Both the position numbers and the translations under genes were made by a program. DNA of 64,000 bases from Octopus vulgaris (Eukaryota), in assembly GCA_951406725.2 (NCBI GenBank), contig OX597815.1, positions 76,508,001-76,572,000 on the forward strand. Reading direction: 5' to 3'. The notes below the pieces were generated by a model. The model had not been told where the DNA came from and searched no databases. It saw only the letters and a list, made by a program, of their open reading frames with translations. Shown piece after piece: positions 37,849 through 51,195 of the stretch; the first letter of the stretch is position 1, and the number at the start of each line of letters is the position of its first letter.

Positions 37849-38741
37849 AATGTAGGATAAAATTTTTTTCGAAAAAAATATTCTTTTCGAAAAAAATTTT
37901 ATCAATGGCCACCATATTAAAAAATACCTTTAAAGGTTAAATTTACGAACAATTCATAAATAAGGGCAAACGAAAAAATTTCTAATGCCAAATATGCCGA
38001 AAAATTGGACATATTGTCCATTAACCATATAATTTTTTCACAATACGCACGCTACTCGAAGAAAGGTCGACAGAAAATTCTAAAAAATTCCATTATTACC
38101 ATATCGGACCGATTTCAGGGTTAGCTCATAACAGCCCTCCCTTCGTCAGTGATACATGTGGCAAAAGAAATAAATGAGATACTTACTCATACCCATGGAA
38201 TAAGCAAACACTAAGTCATGAGCACAATTAAGTACCCCAAATACATCCAAAATAGAAATACTCCAGCCTATTTTAATATGCTGGCCATTGATAAAATTTT
38301 TTCGAAAAGAATTTCTTTTCGAAAAAAAATTTTATCCTACATTAGATATAAATTTAAGCGTTCACTTCCGGACTCTCTCACTCTGTGAGGGCCTCAGTTC
38401 AAATCGCACGTGTCTCGAATGGGCTGGAGTATTTCTATTTTGGATGTATCTAGGGTACTTAATTGTGCTCATGACTTAGTGTTTGCTTCTTCCATGGGTA
38501 TGAGTAAGTATCTCATTTATTTCTTTTGCCACATGTATCACTGACGAAGGGAGGGCTGTTATGAGCTAACCCTGAAATCGGTCCGATATGGTAATAATGG
38601 AATTTTTAAGAATTTTCTGTCGACCTTTCTTCGAGTAGCGTGTGTATTGTGAAAAAATTATATGGTTAATGGACAATATGTCCAATTTTTCGGCATATTT
38701 GGCATTAGAAATTTTTCGTTTGCCCTTATTTATGAATTGTT
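37846..38741. mobile_element. Inverted, circularly permuted pair of hammerhead-bearing units (Penelope pLTR/retrozyme-like) inside (TA)n
   Basis: 37846-37921 is the reverse complement of 38271-38347; 37948-38268 is the reverse complement of 38422-38741; hammerhead in each long arm. Confidence 0.85.
38536..38588 (+). ncRNA. Minimal type I hammerhead ribozyme (second copy on minus strand about 38102-38154)
   Basis: UAUCA-CUGACGA-AGGG.GGGCU(GUUAUG)AGCU..CCCU-GAAA-UCGGUC-CGAUA; GUC cleavage triplet, near-palindromic GAAA(U)CGGUC, stem I UAUC/GAUA. Confidence 0.75.
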
Positions 38742-39071
38742 TATATATATATATATATATATATATGAGATACATACATATATATGAGATACACACATAC
38801 ATTCAAAACAATACAATGTTTTCAAGATTTTCATAAAATTTAAAGTATAGGCGTCCATGGAAAAAATGTGATTTCTTTCTCTTTGTCTCGCTTTCTTTGT
38901 CTGTTTGTCTCTGTCTGTCTGTCCGTCTGTCTGTCTCTTTAAAGTTCTCTTTCTCTTTAAAGTTCTATTTTAATTGATTTCTTTGTTTTCTCAATCTTGA
39001 CATCAGGAAGACGGTCGATTAAAACAACATAAGTCCAATCGAGAAGACACACATATATACACACACGCGCG

Positions 39072-39149
<78 letters not shown>

Positions 39150-39642
39150 CACATCGAGTGTCTGTGACACGTTATTATAATCTAGACATGTGTTTCACAC
39201 CTCTGTTTACTTAAAAACATTGATCGTGTCACCAGTTTTGAATTCTTTACGTATCATCAAATCTCTCACTATGTTTCATCTTGCACATATATATTTCTAC
39301 CAACAACTATTAAAACGGAAGGGTTTTATTCGTATGTTACGAACTAGAAGCATTAAGGAATCTCGCGCGTTGATTCATGTTCCTAGGTTCAATTTCAACA
39401 GGGGCGTTGTAATGTCTTTCATTCATTCAGGGCTGGGACAATTGCTAGTGGTAATATATTGAAGTAAAAGTAATCGATTTTAGCCTTCCAGCCCACAAAG
39501 ACACTTTAGTGCCTAATTTAACAAAAACGATTCATTTGTGTGCGTGTGTGTTTGAGCAGACGTGTGTATGATATTTCTGTTACCACCAAAGATCAACCAA
39601 ACAATTGATTTAATTCATCGTGGGATAGATAGATATTTATCG

Positions 39643-39681
<39 letters not shown>

Positions 39682-39856
39682 ACACACATTATATATACTA
39701 TGATACATATACAAGATATTTGTGTATGAATGTGAATGCATGTGTTAAGGTTAATATTTTAAATCTGAACAATTATTAATAAGAGTCAGTACTGAAAGCA
39801 GAGTTAAATTTATTATAGAATTTGTTTTGAGTGGGACCTAACAGTATTTATATGTA

Positions 39857-40030
39857 TAAGGAAATGAGATGACAATTATCTTTTGAGCTTCATTAGCTTA
39901 CAGCTTTTTCTGCTATAAGATGTAGTGGACTCATTGTCAAGTGTCTGATAAACACCTTATAGCAGAAACAGCTATGAGCTAATGGAGTTTATAACATAAT
40001 CGTTTATTCCTTTGTCATCTCATTTTCTTA
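39857..40030. repeat. Imperfect fold-back repeat, possibly decayed Penelope-type pLTR pair
   Basis: AAATGAGATGACAA...CATTAGCTTACAGCTTTTTCTGCTATAAG versus CTTATAGCAGAAACAGCTATGAGCTAATG...TTGTCATCTCATTT. Confidence 0.7.
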
Positions 40031-40859
40031 TTACTGAGATTTTGGCATTTTCCTACTGTATCGCTACATCATGCGGTGCTGAGCAGCAATGATGTAATTA
40101 GACAATGTTTGGCATATTTTGACTCCGTTACTGTAGCTCAGTTTTTCTCGATGCAGTTACCACAACAAACCACTCCAGACATTTTGAATTTTTTTGTTTT
40201 GCTATACGCTGACGATTTATCTGTTTATTTTAGCTTGATTTTAAATAAAAGGCTTTTTATCTGAATGGAAACTTTTAACCAATGGCAGAATACAATGCAA
40301 CATTAGTATTTCTATTTGTTACGCATCTAAAAACAAATCATTAATGAAGAGAAACATCTTTCTATCAATAGTTACAAAAGAAAGTATAGCAGAAGAAATA
40401 TAAATATTGGGATTGGTTATTTGAATGTGAAATCTAGCACTAACAACAAAGGTATGGAACCTTTGAAGGTGGGCATACATGGTAAAGAAAAATATTGTCC
40501 TGGGTAAGACATTGAACTTCATCTAATGATGAGACTCCAGCTCAACAGTTTAAACGATTTTGGGAGTATGGACTCACTCCTTAGTTTCAACTACTCCTAG
40601 ATACACTCTGGCTCAAGTTAGTAGTACCTGTTAAAGACTGTACAAATGGATCAAGTAGTAGAAGATGGTCCTGTCACTAAGGTTTATATAGGATTTAGAG
40701 GAGGGCTGATCCCAAGACATGTGTCATACAGACCTACCCATGTAGGGACATGCTCTGATGTAAGATGAACTAGTTCATCACTTAAGAGCTACATAGCCCT
40801 GTACCTCAAGGGTAAACTCGGAAGAGCTGTAGATTAATAGGGTGAACTAAATAAAACGG

Positions 40860-41450
<591 letters not shown>

Positions 41451-41649
41451 TAAAAGTTACAGTTTGTAAGCTATTACAGCGGTTCAGCTTGCCAGAAAAG
41501 TATGTCAATCAAATTTTTTGTTTCTGGAGATGTAATAGACTTGTTTCCAAAAGCAACATGACTACCACAGATCCTATTTCCCACAAATCCTTCTCAGAGT
41601 TGTATTACGCTGAGAAGGAGCTTCCAAAGTAAAGGAAATTATTCAATCA

Positions 41650-41960
41650 ATGATCTTGAAATTTGGAAGGGTTGTTATTGAGACAGGTTGTGCGAGCATT
41701 TTGGTTTTCTGGATGTAAATCTGAAACCAAAGCGATCATATGAGTTATTGACTGATTGCTGTATCTTCTTATATGTATGTTCTGACGAAATATTGTCATC
41801 TGTAAACTGCAGCTCGATGATCCGGGTAACATGCACAGTCATTGTGAGAGGAGTCTGGAGGAGTTGAAAAGTTCTCCGTTGCTGTGACACCTGATCTCTA
41901 CGCTAGGTTGTATATTGTTGATAGTTTACAATTTGGAAACCAGAATTTGGTATTAGCGAT
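41650..41960 (-). mobile_element. Decayed RTE reverse-transcriptase fragment
   Basis: IIELQFTDDN (YADD-box equivalent) followed by YDRFG and, after a frameshift, IQKTKMLAQP. Confidence 0.7.
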
Positions 41961-42376
41961 AAAGAATTCTGTACCAGAAATATTTACCACAGAGTCTTAA
42001 TTTCTAAACAGCAGTCACTTTGCATAATGATTTCCAATCCTGAGTTTAATCCATCACGTTTTGCCATAACCGGTTGCATTACTTAATTCTCAAGTCCAAG
42101 CTACGAAGTAGAACGTGCTTGTCTCTTGTTGATAGTTTGGAGTGCGTCGCGTTCAGTTGGCGTAGAATTAATCCTTAAGGTTTTAATCGGCGTCTAGTGT
42201 GGTGTATTTACAGAAACAAAAGTAATAAAACTGTTTCCATAGAATGATATTCGGAATTCTGAACCTCTTATTGTTGCTTGTTCAAAGTGATGGTTTTTTT
42301 CCTTAGCAATGTTTTCAAAATTGTATATATGTATATATACATATGTGTGTGTATATGTAATGTATATGTATGTATG

Positions 42377-42998
42377 TCTCTTCTATTTTTTCATTTACTA
42401 TAAATCTTCCACTGAGGAAGGAGCCGGTTTCCGACAAAGATACAAAGCTCCATCTTTGGGATGTAGTTAACACAGACAAATTCACATTTGGAACTTGAGA
42501 AAAGTCTTGCATACTTTTATTGTTCTACTCACAGGTTGTATTTGCACGAATTAGCCGGTCGATTTCTCTTTCTGAAAATCCCAGTTTATTCAGAGTCTCC
42601 TTTAAGCATTTATTAACTAAACCTAGTACTCCAATCATTATTAGCATGAATATGAATTCATAGTCTGGATTTAGAAGTTGAAGGTTTCGAAGCAGTTGTC
42701 CATAGATATCCTCTTGTTCTTTGATTTTCAAAAAGATATTTATATCTGCAGGGCGGCTGACCTTTATAACGGTACATGTCTTTGCCCCTCTGTCCCAAAC
42801 AACAATATCCGGCCTGTTATGCTTTGACAGAAATTTTGATGGGAATATTCCACTAGTATTCCTTGAGTTGGTGTTTATGGATGCATTCCACAATAGAGAG
42901 ATTTTCTAAGTTTATTTCAAGACAGTCTATTTTTGTGGATGGCATTGTAAATTGTTTTAGCAACAACATCGTGCCGCATAGGGAGGTAGTACCATGTA
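42377..42998 (-). mobile_element. 3' fragment of R4/Dong-like non-LTR element within (CATA)n
   Basis: YYLPMRHDVVAKTIY, HNRPDIVVWDR, KEQEDIYGQL, IMIGVLG RLE motifs; TGTA repeats on both sides. Confidence 0.8.
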
Positions 42999-43205
42999 TT
43001 AATGTATGTATGTATGTATGTATGTATGTATGTATGTATGTATGTATGTATGTATGTATGCATGCATGTATGTATGTATGTATGTATGTATGTATGTGTA
43101 ATGATGCATATGTATGTAAGTATACATGTGTATATATATATATACACGTATAATACATATGTTCATATGTATCTATGTTTATAGATATATATGCATCTAC
43201 TTACG

Positions 43206-43239
<34 letters not shown>

Positions 43240-44496
43240 ACATACACATACAAACCATTTGGCCATACAGCCGCACACCTACACGCACACCTACACACAT
43301 ACACACATTCTCACACACTCATACACTTACAATATACATCGCTATCAAGTCTGTCGTATTTTTTCAGACCTTTCAATTTGTGAACTTAACTTCAGCAATA
43401 ATCAATAGCCCAGAATCTCGTAGCTAAATACGACGATCACAGCCATATATATGTGATTACACTGATAGAAAACCGTCATATCGATTTTGCTACAAAAATT
43501 CCTCCAGCGCTCCCTCCCACACAATACCATACACATCTGTTACCTTACCTATTTGTAAAATAAAGACAATGAAGATATTGAGATATTTGCATTCTCTCTC
43601 TCTCGATCTTTCTCTCTTTGTTGTTCAATCTGTCTCTGTCTGTCTGTCTGTCTGTCTGTCTCTTCCTCTTTCCCTCTACCCCCCCTCTCATTTATTTCCA
43701 TTCAGCTGTTGTATCCTATCTTTTTACCTGAAACTGGTAATCAACAAAAATGTGTACACTGGTGCGTGTTAGAGGGAGGGAAATCAGTGGTGGTGTTGCA
43801 GAGAGAATGTATGTGAGCGTGTGTATGTGTTCGCAAGCGGATTTACGTGGACTTATGCAAGAGAGTGAGAGAATATATGAAAAGTTGAGCTAAAAGTCTG
43901 AGACTTCGTATGTGGATGTGAGTCTCTATGTATGACTGTCAGTATGTGTATGTATGTGTGTGTGTTTGTGTGTAAATGAATAAATGAATGTAATATAGAG
44001 AAAAAGAGATCTGTAATAATAATGCAGTTGTTTTGTGTGTATGTGTGTGTGTGTATGTGTGTGTGTGTGTGTGTGTGTTTGTGTGTGGCAACGTGAAATA
44101 CTTAACTTTTATATATTAATGACGTGCTCTCTTTCGATCTATTAAGTGTCATTGTGTATTCGATTATATATTTGCAAACTCGCTGGTACAAGTGCTACAT
44201 GTTCAAAGCTCCGCATACAAGAAACTAGCAAGTTTATTGAACCACGAGGAAAGAATCTGCTCCGTTTCGGAGGCTTCTTCTCGACGGCATTATTACGCGC
44301 CAGCCCTAATTCATCGAGGTGAGGCACCACTTGCTAGATCAACTGGCTGCCAGGTTTCATTCAATATTCTTCTGGTCCTTTCACATCATCTCTTCTTAAC
44401 CACATCCAATGGCTTTCCTTCTCCACGTTAGTTTAGATATCACTCGTGATGATACTTGTTTTATGTTGAATTAGGCCGAGCGACAACAACTACAGC

Positions 44497-44966
44497 GTTG
44501 AGGCACAATGGCCCAGTGGTTAGGGCAGCAGACTCGTGGTCGTAAGAACGCGGTTTCAATTCCCAGACCGGGCATTGTGAGTGTTTATTGAGCAAAAACA
44601 CCTCAGCTCCACGAGGCTCCGGCGGGCAGGTGGGTGAACCCCGTTGTACTCTTTCCCCACAACTTTCTCTCACTCTTTCTTCCTACTTCTGTCACAAAGC
44701 AGAGAAACCATGGTGTAACCCACTTTGGTGTGGTAAACTTTCAGACCCTAGTTTAGATTACGAATCCTCTGTACTGGTTCAGCTCAGCCAATGTTTACGG
44801 AATGAGGAATACAACGTAGCTTTCGCGCCCGTGCAACCGCCAGTCAATCGCGTGTTGTGGGTGGATCTTCAAGTTGCCACACACATTCTTAGTAGCTTAG
44901 AGTAGGCTCGAATTAGAGATTATTTTTTGTGGCTAAAGGCGTGAATTCTGACTGGAAGAAGAAGAA
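44497..44966 (+). mobile_element. tRNA-derived SINE sharing its 5' half with 4287-4596 but with a different 3' module and (GAA)n tail (duplicate about 57330-57799)
   Basis: Head and body match to about 44685; TSD GACAAC(A/T)ACTACAGC at 44482-44496 and 44967-44981. Confidence 0.8.
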
Positions 44967-45372
44967 GACAACTACTACAGCCTCATGTTGCTTCCAAGTA
45001 ATCCTATACATCCAACTTCAATTGAATAATGTTCAGTTTTCCAGTCAGTGTCTTTTCATTCTTCGAGGAGATATCCATGCCGGTCACTCTTTCGAGTTCG
45101 AGTGGTGTGCACGTTATTTTTATGGGGGAACCGTCGACCAAATTTGCTATTTTCTTTTCCTCACACCAGACGATGGTATCTGATTGCTTCGTAATTTCTA
45201 CGGGGAAGAATCATTGGTACAGAATAGTTTTTACCATCATGAGTAAAATAAGGAAATAATATGGAAAATGTATAATGATCATAATCTAAGTTTTATAAAA
45301 TTTCTTGGTCGTTATACAAAATGAGAAAATAAATGCTAATATACATTACTTTAAGATAAAATTATGGAAGAA

Positions 45373-45447
45373 TATACATTACCTTAAGACATGTATACTT
45401 TAAGGTATACATTACCTTAAAGTATACATGTTTTAAGGTAATGTATA
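45373..45447. repeat. Near-perfect 35-bp-arm palindrome
   Basis: TATACATTACCTTAAGACATGTATACTTTAAGGTA-TACAT-TACCTTAAAGTATACATGTTTTAAGGTAATGTATA, one mismatch. Confidence 0.9.
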
Positions 45448-46074
45448 CATATAAAAGAAAAGAAAAATATATTACTTTAAAATTAAATAACACAAATTTC
45501 TCGTTTGTGTAACTCCTCCTATAACTTCTCTGTCAAGCGGTAGTAAAGGGGACAAACACAAACGTAAAGACATAAACACAGGTATATACTACGAGCTTCT
45601 TTCAGTTTCCGTCTACCATATCCATTAAAAATGCTTTCGTCGCTCCGAGGCTATAGTGAAGACATTTGCTCAAGGTGCCATGCAGTGGGACTGAACTCAG
45701 AGCCCTGTGGTTGGGAAGTAAGCTTCGTATCATACTGCCATTCCTCTACATTATTCTCCATTTTCATACTGAAATTGGTATATCTAATCTCTGACTCAAA
45801 AATATTCCTGAATATATCTCACAGTGATTTCTAACACTGGCGTATCTTCTGAATCGTTTAACTCCAAGTAGAGCATAAGGTACCAACAAGAAATTGATTT
45901 TTTACATACATATATATATATATCTTAGATATTTATATTTCACCCCCCACCACACATCACATATATATCTTATAAATATATTTATATATTTCATATATAT
46001 ATATATATCTTATACATATATACATATATATATGTTATATATATATATCTTATGCATATATATATTTTATACAT

Positions 46075-46107
<33 letters not shown>

Positions 46108-46148
46108 AATATATATGCTATATACATGTCTCATATATATATACATAT

Positions 46149-46185
<37 letters not shown>

Positions 46186-46311
46186 TAGATATATAAATCT
46201 TATATATGTATATATCTTATATACGTTTCATATATATATATATATACATTCCATATATATTATATATATTTTATATAAATATATATTTCATATATGTATG
46301 TAAATGTATGT

Positions 46312-46347
<36 letters not shown>

Positions 46348-46964
46348 CTAGCAGCCAAGCCCGGTTTCACCCGGTTGGTTTGGATGATGTGGCTGTAAAG
46401 CCTGCTCTGTGTAAGCATTCGACTTGTTTGGGCACGTTTACGCCAAAAAAACAATTTTAGAATGGCTTTTTTTCTGTCAAAACGCTAAAAATAATTGACC
46501 ACCCAAAATAAAACAAAACAAAAACGCAACCAAGATTCGACTAAATCAAAAATAGCGCAAATACTAAGCGAACAAAGATGAACCATCCCACTTCCTTTGC
46601 ACACACATTCACATACCCCCTTTTACATACATACATAAACACACACACACATACATTCACACACTCCCCTTTTACATACACACATATATTCACACAGAGT
46701 TGAATATATGTGTGTGTAACAACATCCCACTACCATGTATGACATGCCACCTTCCTTCCTTATTCATGTATCACCCCTTCCTTTCTCATTCATAAACACA
46801 AGAGTATTAATATAGTAGATTATCTCGGTAACCATGGGAGCTATGAAAAATACAAAGCCCAGCATCACCACCGAATCATTCTACACATCTGTGTAATATT
46901 TCGCGCAATTCCACCTAGCCATTTGACCGTGAATCCCAAGTCAAGAAATAATTGCCCATGTCAA

Positions 46965-46975
<11 letters not shown>
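46348..46975 (-). mobile_element. Non-autonomous Helitron (duplicate about 59176-59805)
   Basis: Minus-strand 3' end CCGGGTGAAACCGGG hairpin then CTAG followed by T; 5' end merges into (TA)n. Confidence 0.7.
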
Positions 46976-47057
<82 letters not shown>

Positions 47058-47243
47058 CATATATACACACACACACATATATATATATACATATATATAC
47101 ACATACATATATATATATATATATCTTATTTACATATATCTTATATATATTTATGTGTGTGTAAAGGCAGTGCTCCAGTATGGCTGCAGTTAAATGACTG
47201 AAACAAAACAGTAAAAGAATATATATATATATAAATATGTATT

Positions 47244-47312
<69 letters not shown>

Positions 47313-47421
47313 TTATATACATATACACACATATGTATGTATGTTTGCATGTATGTGTGTGTGAGTGTGTGTTTGTGGCAGGGAATGATTAACGAAATGC
47401 AAATGTTGTGGAGTAGCTTTG

Positions 47422-47522
47422 CTTATGTAACTGGATTTGCAGGAACTATAAATATAGTAATGGTGTTATTATAAATCACAAGTTAGCCTTATGTAACTGG
47501 ATTTGTAGGAACTATAAATATA
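47422..47522. repeat. 35-bp direct repeat with short spacer
   Basis: CTTATGTAACTGGATTTG(C/T)AGGAACTATAAATATA at 47422 and 47488. Confidence 0.9.
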
Positions 47523-48128
47523 CTTGCCGTGCTTGTATATCCGTAGTGCTTGTATATCTGTAACGCTTGTATGAATTACAACACTCAGGTCTGGAGAGCT
47601 TCTTTCACTGGGAGCAAAAATGTGGTTGGAAACGATATCTTCTTTAACTTACATTGCAATGTTGAAGTTCTATGGATTCATATCATTCTGTTTTGTATTA
47701 TTTTCTGTATTATATTGGCTTATTCGTCAGTAGTGTAACAAATCTAACATAAAAGAGACCCAACTAGGGGACCTCTACGCTACCACCTAAATCCTACTCA
47801 TACGATATTTAATTGTCTTAAAAAGGGAATAACATAGTCGCAGATGTACTGTTCAGATAAAGACAGGATGATCATGGATTGACCATCAGGTCTGTTATGG
47901 GACTAAGCAACAGCGATGACATAAAGATGACCTTTCCTGGAAAAGTATTATTTATAAATGTATGGTGACGATTATTCGCCAGCGAGAGATAAGTTCCCTA
48001 TTAGAGAAAAGCATTGTTTGGTTCGAAGTCCAAATTAAAGAATATGCAACTAATATATAACGATATGCAGCTTAATAGTGCTACAGAAGTTGTTCATGAA
48101 GTTTAGACACACAGTATTTAGCGCTACG

Positions 48129-48548
48129 GGATCTTTTCGGTTTGAACGGCAGTTTTTTCATGCGGTGTCATATGAAATTGTCGCCCATAATTATGACCCT
48201 AGTATCGATCTATTGCATTTCAATCTGTTTTAGGCTTAGGGTTAGGGGTGGGGGAAGGGTATCTTTTTTCTTCACAAATATAAATAAACCCGATCTGTTT
48301 CTTAAACGAGGGACATATTCATACGGCACAGAATGTTTTCACCTCAATAGACGTCATTGATTGGTTGAAATTGCAGAAATTGAAGAAAAGAAAAAAACAA
48401 CAAATATCTTACAAGCTATAGAATTTTCTCAATAAAGCCAAGAGAAAAATATGTTTTCTAAACACATTCTACCAGTATACGAAGTTTAAAAGTGTTTAGT
48501 TACGTGGAAATTATTTTAAGAAAACTGCCGTTCAAACCGAAAAGATCC
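48129..48548. mobile_element. MITE with perfect 28-bp TIRs and internal TTAGGG repeats (duplicate about 60961-61381)
   Basis: GGATCTTTTCGGTTTGAACGGCAGTTTT / AAAACTGCCGTTCAAACCGAAAAGATCC; possible TSD GCGCTA/GTGCTA; internal TTAGGCTTAGGGTTAGGGG. Confidence 0.9.
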
Positions 48549-49147
48549 GTGCTATGAAAGATGAAGTTTAGATGCTCAGTAAATAAATTTAGTGGTTAAA
48601 AATTTTTTTTTCCTATTACATAAAGAACGTGACAATGTATCAGCTAATGGCTGCATATGCTTCATTGAAAACCAATCTAACAACTGTATTTTAAATAATA
48701 TAGTGCTTCTCTCCTTCGTAAATGAATTCATTTCAATAATATTACATCGCCAGGGAAATTTTCTTTATTGATTTTTCTATTTTCCAATTTGTTATTCTAA
48801 AACCGATGAAACCCGAGATACATTAATAAAGTTTGATTGGTAGGTCGAGAAGAAAATCGAAAAAAAAAATTACATTGAAAATTTAAAACGCTTTCTCTTT
48901 TAAAAAATGACATTTGAAAAAGAGTTAATAAAAATTAACATTCAGTTTTAATTTCTTCGATTTCAGTTCCAATATCACTCTCCTCCTCATCCACCACTCC
49001 AAGGTATACTACATTTAATGAAACAGCAAAAACAATATACAACAGATGGATGTTTCATTAGATTGCAATACTGAGTTCAAATTCTTCCACAGGTGACTGG
49101 AGGGGAGAAATTTACCAAAAGTAATAATAATATTATTCATTAACTAT

Positions 49148-50610
49148 TGGGCAGCGAACTTGCAGAGTCGTTAGCATCCCGGACAGAATGCTCTACGGTA
49201 TTTCGTCTGCTGCTACGTTCTGAGTTCATATTCCGCCGAGGCCGACTTTGCCTTTCATCCTATCGGAGTCGATTAAATAAGTATCAGTTACGCACTGGGG
49301 TCGATATAATCAACTTAATCCGTTTGTCTGTCCTTGTTTGTCCTCTATGTGGGTAGTAAAGAAATAGGTATTTCGGCTATCTTTATGTTTTGAGTACAAA
49401 TTCCGCCGAAGTTGACTTTACCTTTCATCCTTTGGAGGTCGATAAGATAAGAATCAGTTGAGCGGTATCGATATAATCGACTTAGCCTTTTCTCCAAAAT
49501 TTTTAGCTTTGTGCCAAAATTTGAAACTAATATTATCCAGTAACCATAGGGCGACGAGCTGCAGAAACGTTAGCACGTCGGGCGAAATGTTTAGTAGTAT
49601 TTCGTCTGCCACTACGTTCTGAGTTCAAATTCCGCCGAGGTCGACTTTGCCTTTCATCCTTTCGGGATCGATTAAATAAGTACCAGTTACGCACTGGGGT
49701 CGATATAATCGACTTAATCCGTTTGTCTGTCCTTGTTTGTCCTCTCTGTGTTTAGCCCCTTGTGGGGAGTAAAGAAATAGGTATTTCGTCTGTCTTTACG
49801 TTCTGAGTTCAAATTTCGCCAAGGTCGACTTTGCTTTTTATCCTTTCGGAGTCGATTAAATAAGTACCAGTTACGCACTGGGGTCGATATAATCAACTTA
49901 ATACCTTTGTCTTTCCTTGTTTGTCCTCTCTATGTTTAGCCCCTTGTGGGCGATAAAGAAATAAGAATCGTTAGCGTACTGGGCATAATGCTTAGCGGCA
50001 TTTCTTCATGCTTTGCGTACTGAATTCAAATTCCGCCGAGGTCGACTTTGCTTTTCATGCCTTTCGGGGTCGGTAAAATAAGTATCAGCTAAGCATTGTA
50101 ATCGACAAGCCCCTCCCCACAAATTCCTGGCCTTATGCCTATAGTCTAAAGGATTATCCCTTAACCATATGATGTTGAGCTGGCAGAGTCATAAACGCAT
50201 CGCAGAAAATGCCTAGCGGAATTTCTTCTGGCTCTTTACGATCTGAGTTCAAATTCTGCCGTAGCCCAATTTGTCTTTCATCTTTTCGAAGGTTGATAAA
50301 ATGAAGTACCAGCTAAGCACTGGGGTCGGCGTAATCGAGTAACCCTAAAATTGCTGAGCTAGTACTAAAATTTGAAGCCTTTATTGTTACCTTAACCGTA
50401 AGGTGACAAGCTGGCAGGGTCATTAAGAGACAAAATAATTAGAGGCATTTGATCCAGCTATTTACGTTCTGAGACCAACTATTGCCGAAGTCAACTTTGC
50501 TTCTCATCCTTTGAGGTCGACAAAATAAAGTGCCAGAGAAGCCCTGGGCTCGATGTAATCGACTAACCCACTGCCTTCAAAACTGATGGATTTGAGCCAA
50601 AATTTGAAAC
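49148..50610 (+). mobile_element. Tandem and nested array of family A SINEs (duplicate about 61978-63440)
   Basis: At least seven units with GAGTTCAAATTCCGCCGAGGTCGACTTTGCC-like core; several end in TTTAGCCCCTTGTGGG..TAAAGAAATA. Confidence 0.9.
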
Positions 50611-50644
50611 AATTGTTATTCGTTAATTCAAAGGCCGGCAAATT

Positions 50645-51195
50645 CTTTTCTACTCTAGGCTTAAGGCCCGAAATTTTTGGGAAGGGGCTGGTCGATTAGA
50701 TCGACCCCAGTACGCAACTGGTACTTAATTTATCGACCCCGAAAGAAGGAAAGGCAAAGTCGACCTCGGCGGAATTTGAACTCAGAACGTAGCGGCAGAC
50801 GAAATACCTAATTCTTTACTACCCACAAAGGGCTAAACAGAGAGGGGACAAGCAAGGACAGACAAACGGATTAAGTCGATTATATCGACCCCAGTTCGTA
50901 ATTGGTACTTATTTAATCGACCCCGAAAAGATGAAAGGCAAAGCCAACCTCGGCGGAATTTGAACTCAGAACGTAGCGGCAGACGAAATACCTATTTCTT
51001 TACTACCCACAAGGGGCTAAACACAGAGGGGACAAACAAGGACAGAAACATGGATTAAGTCGATTATATCGACCTCAGTGTGTAACTGGTTCTTATTTAA
51101 TCGACCCCGAAAGTCGACCTCGGCGGAATTTGAACTCAGAACGTAATGGCGGACGAAATACCGCTAAGCATTTCGCTCGGCCTGTTAACGTTTCT
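50645..51195 (-). mobile_element. Tandem trimer of family A SINE (about 188-bp period; duplicate 63475-64000)
   Basis: CCTCGGCGGAATTTGAACTCAGAACGTA repeated at about 50764, 50949 and 51118. Confidence 0.9.

Larger units (their letters stand above)
44436..51169 (+). repeat. Copy 1 of a roughly 6.7-kb near-identical duplication
   Basis: Matches 57269-64000 at offset about 12833 with sparse SNPs and indels; duplicated ORF translations are identical. Confidence 0.97.

Noticed and set aside
40180-40230. LLYADD RT-like motif
   Set aside because: Too short and no flanking RT motifs seen; possibly an ancient CR1/L2 trace but unsupported
48230-48255. Interstitial telomere
   Set aside because: Only two to three units, lying inside a TIR-bounded MITE
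49148-51195. Regularly spaced repeats resembling a CRISPR array
   Set aside because: Whole units of about 185 bp are repeated with no unique spacers, eukaryotic context, no cas genes; they are SINEs
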